A DNA stretch of 64,000 bases. Source: Utricularia gibba. Taxonomy: Eukaryota > Plantae > Magnoliophyta. The notes under the pieces are model-generated. The model saw nothing but the letters and a program-made list of their open reading frames with translations, was not told the origin of the DNA and ran no database searches. A program made the translations under genes and the position numbers. Of the stretch, positions 51,818 to 64,000 are shown in pieces. The stretch's first letter is position 1; the number at the start of each line of letters is the position of its first letter. The stretch covers positions 1,736,001 through 1,800,000 of the forward strand of contig NEEC01000009.1 in assembly GCA_002189035.1 (NCBI GenBank). The letters are read 5' to 3'.

Positions 51818-54716
51818 TCACCTCCTCCCCTTGTTTCTGGATCCCGCTTCGCTGCTGTTCCGGGAACTCGGCGCCGCCCTCGATCGCATCGGCAGCAGTT
51901 TCCTGAAGATGGAGCCAATTGTGATAAGCGATGAGTCTTGGACTTTGCTGCTCCGCCGCAGGTGCTGTCTCTCTAGATCATTCATTCGCATCCTCAGCCT
52001 GGCCAATTCGAGTTTCAGTTCCCTGTTTTCCCATCGCAATGACGCGTAGTGGTCCCTCGGACTCGGCGAAATGATCGATTCGGAGAGATTTCCGGTGGTG
52101 ATTCGCAGCGGTTGCAGTGATTGCTGCTGTTCGATCAGGGCCTTGGAAATTTCTTCGCCGTGAGAGAAAAACAAAGCGTTTCGCATACGCAGCTGCTCGT
52201 AATAGAGGACTTGGACGATCGAACGGAGAGGTAGGGTTTCGTTTTGTGCGGCGTGCGCTGCGGCTTCCGGTGTGAGAAGCTGGTAATTTATCAGTTTGCA
52301 GAGCCTTTTCCGATCGCATTCCGGTAAACTTTCATGCCCCTGCCAATTGCATCCATCATCGAGTCAAATGTTTGTGATGAAACTGTAGGAGGGAGTGCTG
52401 CTTACCTTGAGGTACATGTCGACTGCACGATACAAACCATCATGAACAGTACGGGCATGAGCAGGTAAAGCTTGAGCGATAGCTAGGAACTGATCAAGCT
52501 TGAGGTTAGTATCTTGTGCAATTTCAGCCAGATAATCGTCCATCAACTTGGAGACCTTGATGATTGCACTCTGCGTTGGGAAAGTATCAGCCGTGGCTTC
52601 TTCTTCTCCTTCTTCCTCCTTCTCTTCATTTCTCTTTTGTTGACAAAAGTTCATCAGCATCCTCTGCACCATTTCAACGTCGAACAGAACATCTTCAGCA
52701 TGGCGTAACGACGGCATCAATAGATCATCAACGCTGGCCTCATCCAGCCCAAGTCCAATCCTCCTTTCGAGTTCCTCCCGACAAGAGGCGCTGCAGTCGA
52801 GCATCGTGGCGCTCCGTAGCAAGCCGAACAGGAACGGTACCGGAACTGCTGATCTAGAATCAGGAAGCAACCCGGCTATGGTCTCAACCACATCTCTTCC
52901 GTGAGATGCCGGAAGATCATCTTTCGACAGGTGCGTAGATTTTTTCCGATTTCGAGGCTTGTTTATCAGTTCGTTCTGTGCATAGTGTACGAGGGATGCG
53001 CCGATGCTTCCCGGCCGCACTCCACGGCGTCTCAATGCTGATATAGCCTTTTCGTACATGCCTATGCCCAGAGAAGAAAGGCCTTCTATCCACCATTTAT
53101 CAGAGGAGTCAGCCATGCCCATAGAGTCGCCCCCAGACTCCGAAGCCGATGAAGCAATTTGTTCAACAATGGAATCAATGCACCTGCTCACGATCCCGAG
53201 CTCATCAGCCAGAGGAAGCAGATCTAGACATCGCCCGAGTACTTGGATCGACATGTCGAAGCTATTCCGTATCACGCTCTCAAAATGTTCTTCACATTTT
53301 GAAATCAAATTACGTTGGGAGCACGCCTCAGTCATCTCCAGGTACTCGGAAACACATCGGAGCTGAGCAATGTTGGCAGCTGTCATGTCAACATGAACCC
53401 CATAGCTAAACTGGGCTGCCATCAGAAAGGACTCAACGCCGCCCGGTACACCGGGGAGCTCAACGCGAATCGGCACGCGGGGGCTCCGAACTTGGGCGAT
53501 CATTTTACGTATCCTTGCGCTCCGCGATGCAAGAGGAAACTGCATGCACATTCAAAAGGAAAACGAAGTTGAGTGGCCCCCAGTTGGAAAAAGAAATCGA
53601 TGATCGTTGATGATTACTTTGTGGAGTGGGAGTGCAATCCCATCAAGTTCGATTGTTATATCGCTGGGGACGTCACTGGGTACCCTGCAGAACACAGATT
53701 TAGTAAACAAAACAAAACTATAAACTATTCTGGAGAAAACAAAACGTGGTTGCATCCGGGCCGTTGAGGGGATTCCGGCATTAAATGCAGGAGGGGGAAG
53801 GGGAAGCCGTGAACCGTGGGCCCCAACAGGCGATCCTTTATTAGTAAGAAAGAGAGAACCCCAACAAAACAAAATCAAAGAAACGATGCAGTGTCGCGAC
53901 TCGCACATCTTTCTAATAAAAAAGGAAAAGCGGAGTCACAGTAGTACTTTTTTTTCCCCCAATAAAAGGTGTGAATATTTTAACAAGCACGTTAATCATT
54001 CATTTCCAGGGATATTATAGTTATTTTTAGCTTGAAATTGTGTGTTTATTCACAAAAATGAAGAATAAAGCTTTGATTTTCAATGATTCAAGTACTAAAG
54101 AGTCATTTGCACACGTCGAGTATCAACATTATCCTCCAAGCTTATAAATTCTCAGTCCTTCAGGAAAAAAAACGGGATAAAATAATAGAAAATAGTTTTT
54201 TTAAAAGAATTGGAGTTCCCATTTTCTTACATTTTTTTGGGGTTTTTTTTATAAATATTATAATAAATCAACCAGCCCTAGATGTGGGGGAGTGTACAGA
54301 AAAGCAGATCGGCATTTCAGAAAAAAAAGAAAAGACAAGGATAGAAAATGGAGTTCAGATCACATCTCAGGACATGTTCTCCATTGAAAAGCCGACAAGG
54401 ACAATGAAACCCTAATCCCCCGACTCGACTCGGCTTTCATCTTCTCTCTGACTCGCGGTTTTGACAGTGCAAAGTCGCCAACATACATATAGGCAGCTAA
54501 CTAAGGGAAAAGGGGAAGACTTACCTGCTGTCTATTTCTATTTCTCTTTGAGGTATGGCGATCAAAGCAGGTCATATAACAAACATTCTTTCTTTTCCTT
54601 AGGGGGTGGGTTCAGAGAAACTAAACTACTAACCATTCATGAACTGGCTGCCTCTGGCTCGACCAAATGCCTGTCTTCGTCCGCTGCTGCTTCTGGAGTT
54701 GGAGATTCGTCTCCAT
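51818..54716 (-). CDS. BTB/POZ and NPH3 domain (NRL family) protein
   Basis: Exon 1 is 54716-54634 (METNLQ...QPVHEW), followed by an intron of about 950 bp. Then VPSDVPSDITIEL...LHK/FPLASRSARIR, WWIEGL, LEERIGLGLDEASVDDLLMPS, HDGLYRAVDMYLK and AAHAAQNETLPLRSIVQVLYYEQ. Confidence 0.9.
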
Positions 54717-55948
54717 GGAGAAAAAGGAGAAAAAATTGGAGAAAAGACGCAAATGGCTTGTTTCCCAGGGCGTCCCCATAAATGGTGGGGGGGATGGATG
54801 GCTGGGAAGGAAGGAATGAATGAAGTATGAATATAGCAGCTGGAGTAGACATTCCGTCGAACGGTTAGCGTTCAATCATGGAATGCCGTTCCCCGGAGAC
54901 ACTGCGGGTCATCCTCATAATATCATTCATTGCCATCCGTACATCATTGTTTTTTTTTTTCTTTGCATCTTACAGCTACTCCCAGAAGATTACCGAGAAA
55001 ACCAGAAAAAGTTAAACCTGAGAAGGAGACACCAGAAAAGTAGGACCGATGCCCATAACCCGGTAGGTCACGCGTCCAATACGTCCCCTGGGGGTGCGGT
55101 GTCCAAGTGTCTGTGAGAAGCCCTACAAACGACGTCGTTTTCTACGACACATTAAATTCCCGATCCCTCGAGAAGCATTTCGCTCATTCATTTTGGCTAT
55201 GTTTCTAAAGACAAATCCAATAGAAGAAATAATATTTATTTGTAAATACTTTTTATAAATCATTATTGGAAAATTTATTCGTTTTTGTAAAGTTTCTATA
55301 AATAAATTACACATTTATTAACAATATTGTATAAATCTACAAACTATTCTAAATGATCACCATAGTTTAAATAAAGATATATTAAAATAAAAATAAAAAT
55401 AATTCAATATTTTATTTGAATAAAGAAAAGATATTATAAAATATTGCAATAATTTATTTAAAAAAGAGCGATTATTTTAATTGCTTATAAAAAATATGTG
55501 TGTAGTTGTATTTTGTATCTCATAATAATTCTCAAAAATCAATACTAACACGAGAAAATTATGTAAGTATTTGGAAATTCAATTGATAATCAATTGAATA
55601 AAAAAAAGGAATACATAAGAGGTCTAAAAAAGTTATGTTGAATAGCTAAAATGTTTAGAATTATGATATTATTATTCGATATTTATATTTGACATTTTAA
55701 TTAAATTTAATGTAATTTACTAAAAAAATATAATTTATTATCTTGAAACGTGTGTTTGACTGAGATGGGAGCTAATCGCAATACGGAAATACAATCAAAT
55801 GGAAGAGATGGAGATTTGGGGGGTTGAAATGTAAATAAAAGAAGAATTAACTAAACCAAATGGGCCAGTCGTACCCGTAAATTGGGCCGGGCCTAACGGT
55901 CGTGTTCGCGTTGTAATAATAAAACTCACCTCTTCAAATATCTTTTCC

Positions 55949-55956
55949 TTTCCCGC
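55949..55956 (+). promoter_or_regulatory. E2F consensus site in the CMT3 promoter/5'-UTR
   Basis: TTTCCCGC about 110 bp upstream of the ATG. Site II-like TGGGCC motifs lie at about 55861 and 55883. Confidence 0.65.
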
Positions 55957-56060
55957 TCCCCGCTCGACTTCACAAATTTGAACCTCCATTCCATTTCCTT
56001 TACCACTCTCATTTCCTTAAGAATCCTCTCGTTTGTCTCAGCTCCCTTGTTCCTGCTGCG

Positions 56061-59000
56061 ATGCCGAAGCGATCGAGGTCCGCATCGCGAAAATCAAATT
56101 CAGCAGACGCGTCAACTGAAGGCAGAAGCAAGCGGCGGGCCTCGTCCTCGGCAGCGGCATTGGAGGATGGTGACATTTTGGGTGCGACAATCGCGGATAG
56201 GGTCGGAGACATTACCGCTAATCTTGAATTTGGACCTGAGGCAGACCTTAGCCCTGGGAACGTGAAAGATGATGCTGCCGAAGAATTTGAGATTGGGACT
56301 GCTGGGAATGAGAGATTCCTTGGAAAACCTGTTCCTCATGAGGAAGCTGTGAAGCGTTGGCCACATCGTTACAACAAGAACGAGGAGGTTAGATGAGTTA
56401 TAACCTTCAGATAAATATTTTTTTTAAAAAAAATCAGTGGGTACGTGAATTTTAGGATAGCATCAAGTTCAAACCAGTACGCTGCTAGATATTGTGAACA
56501 AAATGACACCTGTTTTTGGGCATTTCTTGAGCAGTTTCACTAGTAGGTGACGGTTAGTGATGTTGAATTGTCAATAATGTTAGGAGACTACCCAAGCGAG
56601 ACGTCACTTTCTTCATGCAGAGGTTGATGATCAAGTCTATAATATTGGAGATGATGCTTCTGTTAAGGTAATTATCTATTTATTTGTCAGCGTGAATCCT
56701 GATCTCTGATACCAATAAACGCTATGGCAATTTAGGGTGAACCTGGAAAAGATAATTACATTTGTAAGATCCTTGAATTTTTCCAAGGAGTGGATGGGTC
56801 TGCTAACTTCACAGCACAGTGGTATTACAGGACTCAAGACACGGTGAGGCATACTACATAACATTATGTGTGAGGCACGAAAAAGTTTTTGTTGTGCTGA
56901 CCATGGGCCTTGTGCCAAATTGTAGGTTATCAAAAATTGTTGCAGTGACCTCGACGATAAGAAGAGAGTGTTTTTTTCTGAAATAAAAGACGACAATCCA
57001 CTCGATTGCCTCGTTAAGAAGCTTAGAATTGTTCAATTACCAGCGAAGGTATTTGTTGTGGTGAATTTACATATATATTCTGAGCCGAGCTAATTTTCTG
57101 GTGCGTTCATGTCGCAGGTTAGCTCGAAGGTGCTGGAGAAAACTAAATTGAACTGTGACTTTTACTTTGATAGGATGTATTTGCTTCCATATGCTTCTTT
57201 TGTTAACATACCATCTGGTAATTTTATTTATATAATAGTTCTCTGCCCACCATGACTTTAGAGATTCCCCCGTCAATGAATGAGACCCAATTTCAGATGG
57301 CACTACAAACAGTGATGATTCTGGTTCTACCATCTCTAGTGATCTCGATGGCATAACGCTAGGAGATTGTGAGCCATCAAATTGCAAGAATGAGATAACA
57401 CTTCTTGATTTGTACTCTGGTTGTGGTGCAATGTCCACTGGTCTCTGTCTCGGTGCCAACCTGTGTGGTGTTAATCTTGTCACTGTAAGGCTTCTTTTCA
57501 TTTAATGCGTGATTTCAGGTTTTTCCCGTTTTCTTCCAAATAGTAATATCCGGTGAACTGAAAGTGAGTGTTTAACCATCGATCACAAGCCTTATGTTGC
57601 TTTTGTTGGCAGAAATGGGCCGTGGACATTAACCAATATGCATGTGAAAGTTTGAAATTAAACCATCCGGAAACGCAGGTGCAATTTTAGATTTCTAAAA
57701 CACGAAAGCGATAGTATTAATTTATTCTAATATTTGATAATTCTCTTTACTATGGGTAGGTGAGAAATGAGTCGGCTGAGGATTTTTTGCTACTCCTTAA
57801 GGAATGGGAAAAATTATGTGCATCGTATTTATCATATGTGAACAATGGTTCATCTCTTGGACATGAAAAACCCATCGATAGCGAGGAGTATGAGAATAAA
57901 GAAGACGATGATGAGGATGGTTCTGAAGTCTATGAAGTTAGTGATATTCTTGGAGTCTGTTATGGTGATCCAAATAGTGTAAAGAAATCTGGTTTGCACT
58001 TCAAGGTATCTTACATACATGTTCATTGTTCACGGGGTGTGTGCACATTTTACCTCCTCTCTTCATGCTCATCGTTATGTCTTACTTTTCGAAGATACGC
58101 TGGAAAGGTTATGGCCCAGATGATGACACTTGGGAGCCATACGAGGGCCTGAGGTGAAAGCAATGCACAGTACTGCTTATCTTCCTTTTAAGATGCCTTT
58201 GTAATCTCTTTGGATCGAATTATCTGATCAGTGACTGTCAAGAAAAGCTTAGAGACTTTGTTTCAAGGGGCCACGCTTCAAGGATTTTGCCATTGCCTGT
58301 GAGATTTGATTTTTTAAAATTCTGCATTTTGCACTTTTTTTTGTTGTTGTTTGAAGGAGTTTTCTCCGTTTCTATGCAGGGTACTGTTGATGTAATATGT
58401 GGGGGCCTCCATGCCAGGGGATAAGCGGCTTTAATAGATTTAGGAACGCACAAAATCCCCTTGCAGATCCTAAAAATAAACAGTTGGATGTGTTCATGAA
58501 CATTGTTGCATATTTGAATCCAAGATTCGTCTTGATGGAGAATGTTGTCGACATTGTCAAGTTTGCTGGTGGTTTTCTTGGTAGATATGCATTAGGCCGC
58601 CTTGTTGCTATGGGTTTTCAGTCACGACTGGGAATGATGGCTGCTGGAGCTTATGGTCTCCCTCAATTTCGCATGCGGATGTTTATGTGGGGTGCGCTTT
58701 CCTCAGAGGTGAGACAGTCATGGAACTATTGTCATGTCCTTGTTGCTAGTGATGGTCTGGTTGCGGTTTTGATCAACATGCTTATCGTAGATATCTCTTT
58801 GCATTTGCTGTGTAAACAGAGGCTTCCCAAATATCCACTTCCAACCCATAGTGTTGTAGTCAGAGGAGTTATCCCCACCGAATTTGAGGTAGATTCACCA
58901 ATTCTGAGGTTAAATTATAGCGCATTCCATTCATTCCGCTATTAGCCTTTTTTTTAAATGCAGTCAAATATAGTTGCCTATGAACAAGGCCAGGAAGTTA

Positions 59001-60556
59001 GTTTGAAAAAGGAGCTTTTGCTTGGTGATGCAATATCCGATCTTCCTCCGGTATGATTAATTTGGAATCATATTTTTTGTCTCGTTCCACTGATTTCAAT
59101 TTTATATTTATCTCAGGTTGAGAATAATGAAAACCGTGACGAAATGCCCTATGGGCGTGAACCCCAATCTGAGTTCCAGCGTTTTATAAGACTGAGAATG
59201 GATGGTGAGCTTTTCAGTTTTCCACTCCCTTTTAACAGATATGTGGACTTACTATATAGAAATCGGGTTTTTAAGATAGTTCTTTATAGGCTGATACCAT
59301 TGACTGATTGAGTATTGATTTTTATTTTATTTACTGTTAATTTAAGATTATTGTCTTTTAGTTTTTTTATGTATTTTGACTCACTTTTCATTAGCTACCC
59401 ATGTGACGATCTAGTCAAAAACTAGTATACTTGTTGGATCTGATCCTCATCACTTTTTCAGTTCATAGTGGTTAGGAATGCATGTTTCGTTATCACAGAC
59501 ACGTGTCAATGATGAAGCAAGTTGTCACTTTCTTTATAACTTGATTTTATGATTATGGTAATTGTATTTCAGAAATGCCTGGTTGCATGACATCCAAAGT
59601 GTCCGTGCATGCTTTGTATGATCATCGTCCTCTAATTCTGAACCAGGATGATTACGAGCGTGTTTGTCACATCCCCAAAAAAAAGGTACCCGGATCTTCG
59701 GATTGGAATACCGTGAGCTTGAAATCGTGTTGTTTGGGTTCATCAAAGCCTCCTCCACTTCATCTTTCAGGGTGCAAATTTTAGAGATCTACCAGGTGTA
59801 AGAGTTCGTGCCGACAACAAAGTTGAATGGGACCCCGACGTGGAAAGGCTAAAAGTTAGCTCTGGGAAACCCCTGGTATCTCTTCCCAACTCCTCCCAAA
59901 TTTTCGAAATCCCATTCCTTTTGCATGATGTCCAGTCTTGTTTCTCATGATAGGTCCCGGATTATGCCATGACTTTCGTCAATGGAACTTCATCCAAGTA
60001 CGATAAAAACACTTCCCTTTAGCGCTTCGCATTCTCAACCCTTACAACGCTCTCCACACTTCACAAAATGCAGGCCATTTGCACGCTTGTGGTGGGACGA
60101 AATTGTACCCACGGTTGTCACACGAGCAGAACCTCACAACCAAGTAAGCTCAAGCTTTGCTTCCTTCCGTTACCCATTCATGTGACACTGTTCACCGCCA
60201 TCCCTTGTGCAGGCAATACTACATCCCACCCAAGACAGAGTCCTCACCATCCGTGAAAACGCTCGTCTGCAAGGGTTCCCAGATTACTACAAACTTATAG
60301 GCCCCATCAAAGAAAGGTAAACTCCTCAACACACCCTCCATACTGGGCGATTCTGCTACAATACTGGTGCGGATTGTGCAGATACATTCAAGTTGGGAAT
60401 GCGGTTGCTGTACCAGTGTCTCGAGCGCTGGGGTACTCCTTGGCCCTTTCTCTGAAAGGGCTGTCTGGGGATGACGACGGGCCTTTGCTGCGGCTGCCGG
60501 AGGATTTCCCCACCGCCTCTTTATCAAGAGTTGCTTCTCCAGATGTTGTAGATTAG
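56061..60556 (+). CDS. CMT3: Chromomethylase, CMT3 type (BAH, chromo and C5-methyltransferase domains), with a 1-bp deletion in motif IV as assembled
   Basis: BAH ([17 protein letters not shown]), motif [15 protein letters not shown], chromo [15 protein letters not shown], motif IV VDVIC(G)GPPCQG, motif [16 protein letters not shown] and motif X QVGNAV. About 21 exons. The short N-terminus argues against CMT2; CMT1 is not excluded. Confidence 0.9.
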
Positions 60557-61379
60557 TCATTTAATTCTTCTCCAGATGTTTGATTCAAACCTGGATGCCG
60601 TGGAGGCTGTTTTCAACACAATTAATTGCTTACAGGAAAAAAAAAAAAAGGATTTATAGATCATTTTTAATTTAGAACATTGAAATTACAAAGTCAAGTA
60701 CCCCCGCACAGACGTAATCCCCGTCAGCCGTTGACGCAAGTTTGTTGCGTACGAGCATTTATTGCCCGTAAAAAAATTAATTACAGAATAATATATATTA
60801 TAATATAAACATTAAAATAAACATCTATCATCTAATTAAAATTAAAAATATGATAAACCTATATATTATTTAAAAAATATATACTAAATATATCAAAATA
60901 TTCTTGATTAATAAAACTAATATTTTTAAAAACATGATTATATAATAAAAAATTTACAAAAGATGGAAATAACATGTACTTTTATGGATATAATATGTCG
61001 TTTGATATTAGATTATTAATATATTTAAACATAGTATAATTTTATATAATGTTTTATAATTGATAATAAAATTATGTGAATAATATATACAAGACTACTA
61101 TACATATATTAATTAATCAAACGCCAATTTATATGTAAATTTGAATATAAATATTCTATATGCTACAATCAAATTACATAAAAGGACTACACCCTACAAT
61201 CAAACTACCTATAAAAAGGACCACTAGACACGATGCAAGGGAATTTGCATTCAAGTAGTCCAGCATTGACCTTCACAATAAATATAATAAAAACATTCAA
61301 TATATTTGGAAAAGAGAGCACAACCCCTTTCTCGTTGTATACAAGCAAGAGAGCGAGTCTGGTTGCACACCGCTCGGAC

Positions 61380-64000
61380 ATGTTGAAGCATTGCTTGCTC
61401 CAGGGCTCTCGGTCTCCGCAGCTCCCTTCCATCTCCGGCCGCAAGGTCGGCGGCGGAGGCCGATGCCCGGCCCCGCAGAGAAACGTTTTTTCAACCAGAA
61501 GATCAGCGGCAGGATACAGGGCGTGGCGCGGCAACCCGCCGGTCGTCGCCATCCTCAACAGCCCGGACAAAACGAGGGCGGTGAATGCGGTGGTCACCGT
61601 GCAGCCGACGATCGCTAAGGCTGTCTCGAACGTCGTCGGTGGGAGTAAGGGGCTCGATGATGCCGGCGACCTCCTTGTGGAGCTGGTCGCTGCCCAGCTC
61701 GATCCCAGTGAGTCAACACAACCCAATTTCAAATATAAATTATGATAATTAATTATGTTATATTGAACCATTTTAAAAAACGAATCACGGTATTTAACTG
61801 GTGTTATCGAAAATTTTTAGAATTTATTTTTATTTTTGAAAAATAATTTTTAAAAAATAGAAATAATTGATAGAAATAGAAATATATTATAAATATTCTA
61901 AAAAAGTGTAAAAATAAAACATTGTTTTGAAAAAATTTTGGAATATATTTTTATTTTTTCAAAAATAAAAATAAGTTTTAAAATTTTTGTATCACACACC
62001 TGTAGAGTTGCTTATTTTTTAATATTTTATTATAAAAATAAAATTATAATTAATTGCAATATTTACGTTCATATACTTAAATAAATGATTGTATTTGTTT
62101 TATTAAAATTATTGTGAAATTTTAAAAAAAATAATTAAATAATTGCTTGATCGGTTCAGAAACTGGGCTGGAGAGGACGATTCGATCATCGGCACGAATC
62201 AAGGGAAAAGATGGCGACAAAATCCTGTACCAGTGCAGTTTCGATGTCCCGCGGAGTTTTGGGGAAGTGGGTGCAATCCTCGTCGAAAACCAGAATCGTC
62301 AGGAGGTGTTCATTACCACCATCGTCTTGCAGGGCTTCGCCAATGGTGATATCGAGTTCACTTGTGATTCTTGGGTTCACTCCAAGTTCGAAAACCCCGA
62401 GAAGAGGATCTTTTTCGCCAGCAAGGTGGGTGTGCATTTTCGTTAACGTCGATTATTGGGATAATTGAATTGGGAGTCGTCTTGCAGTCGTACTTGCCGA
62501 GCGAAACTCCGAGTGGGCTGAGGCGACTCAGGGATAAGGACCTCAACAATCTCCGTGGAGATGGAAAAGGAGAGCGTAAGAAAGGTGACAGGATTTATGA
62601 CTACGATGTGTACAATGATCTCGGAGAACCTGATACCAGCGATGAGTTGGCTCGTCCGGTTCTTGGTGGCGCGCAGCACCCTTATCCCCGTCGATGTAGA
62701 ACCGGGAGGCCCAAAACTAAGGAAGGTTAGAAGAGTTTGTTGTAGATGACTATCGTTGCCTATCTGCCTATCACAACCCAGGTTCTGTTAAAAATGTTGC
62801 AGATCCGTTGTCTGAAACAAGGAGCTTGTCCGTGTACATTCCTAGAGATGAAGCATTTTCGGAAGTAAAGCTAGCAACATTTGGGGCCAACTCACTGAAA
62901 GGAGTCACACATTCTCTGGTTCCTTCGTTGAAGGCTTTTATTGTAGATGAAGACAAAGGGTTCCCCGATTTTACAGAGATAGACGCACTTTTCAAGCAAG
63001 GGACTGAACTTCCTACATCTAAGTTCAACGTTTCATTGAGAGATATGGTACCCAACATTCTTAAGGCTGCATCGGATGCAAAGAGAAGCATCCTGCGTTT
63101 CGAGGCCCCTGAACTAATTGAGAGTAAGTGACTCATCAAGAATTCTGAAACCTGTACAAACAAATGTATCACAATGTTACTCTGCAATGGTCTCTCAGGA
63201 GACGCTTTTTCCTGGATGAAAGATTCTGAATTTGCTAGACAAACGTTAGCTGGTGTCAATCCCTGCTGCATTAAGCTGCTAGAGGTGTGTTGTACATTCT
63301 CGTTTGGTCGTTTCTTCTTCTTGCAACTTTTGGTCTTACCGTGGAGATTAACCTTAGGAATGGCCAGTGAAGAGTAGGCTTGACCCTGCAGTCAATGGAC
63401 CAGCTGAATCTGCAATCACCAAAGAGATGGTGGAGAAAGAGATTGGAGGACACACAACCGTTGAAGAGGTGGGCACTGGCAACTGAAGCACAAGGATCGT
63501 GCATCCATCATAGTAACTTGATCTTTTGGTTGTGTGCAGGCTTTGAAACAAAAGAAGCTTTTTGTCTTGGATTACCATGATCTGCTATTGCCATATGTGC
63601 ACCAGGTAAGGGAGTTGAAGGGAAGAACTCTTTATGGCTCAAGGACATTGTTTTTCCTAACGCCTGAAGGGACATTGCAACCTCTAGCCATCGAGCTGAC
63701 TCGACCTCCCACAAATGGTAAGCCACTATGGAGGCAAGTATTTCAGCCTTCTGGGGATGCTACTTGCTTGTGGCTATGGGCGTTAGCCAAGGCTCATGTC
63801 TTGGCTCATGACTCCGGTTATCATCAGTTAGTGAGCCACTGGTAACTCGCTGTTATACTTCTACTGGAAAACAGAAACCATTCATCGTTCTTGTCTAAAG
63901 ATAGTTGTCTTCACAGGTTGAGAACTCACTGTTGCACAGAGCCTTACATCATAGCGGCCAACAGACAAATGAGTGCAATGCACCCAATCTATCGGCTGTT
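61380..64000 (+). CDS. Plastid 13-lipoxygenase (LOX2/LoxC type), 5' part
   Basis: Transit peptide MLKHCLL..., PLAT domain, [45 protein letters not shown] and [24 protein letters not shown] (iron-ligand histidines). Truncated by the window end. Confidence 0.95.

Noticed and set aside
53750-53785. ATG CCG GAA... as the BTB/NPH3 start codon
   Set aside because: It cannot splice in phase. The true first exon (METNLQ...HEW, phase 2) is at 54716-54634.
61205-61771. 188-aa minus-strand ORF and upstream extension of the LOX ORF
   Set aside because: The minus ORF is antisense to LOX exon 1, and the likely LOX start is ATG 61380.
1-64000. rRNA, tRNA, CRISPR arrays or autonomous transposons
   Set aside because: None were recognised. 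There are no regular repeat-spacer arrays, and no transposase or reverse-transcriptase motifs in the ORFs.

Overview
This is a gene-dense eudicot nuclear window, not a prokaryotic one. It holds about 19 intron-containing or single-exon genes with mostly 70-150 bp introns and intergenic gaps often under 500 bp. In order: the 5' part of an anthocyanin-type R2R3-MYB, a degenerate IAA8/9-type Aux/IAA pseudogene, a WAV3-like RING/vWA ligase, nucleoporin SEH1, an LRK10L-type receptor kinase, non-canonical starch synthase SS5, peroxisomal ABCD1 (CTS/PXA1), an NDR1/HIN1-like gene, a DUF630/632 gene, plastid PHT4;5, an EPFL1-like peptide gene missed by the ORF track, an At4g13040-type AP2 'soloist', CDC45, a SAM-domain gene, GPI16/PIG-T, a P-type PPR, cytochrome b5, an NPH3/BTB gene, a CMT3-type chromomethylase and the 5' part of a plastid 13-LOX. 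Manual splicing shows six otherwise intact genes each lacking one base, located in or consistent with short G/C homopolymer runs. One of these hits the CMT3 catalytic GGPPC motif. The pattern most likely reflects long-read consensus error but needs checking. The other main unexplained signal is a perfect 20-bp hairpin in the ABCD1 5'-UTR intron. I found no clearly new multi-gene system. Gene identities come from recognising motifs by eye, not from database searches.
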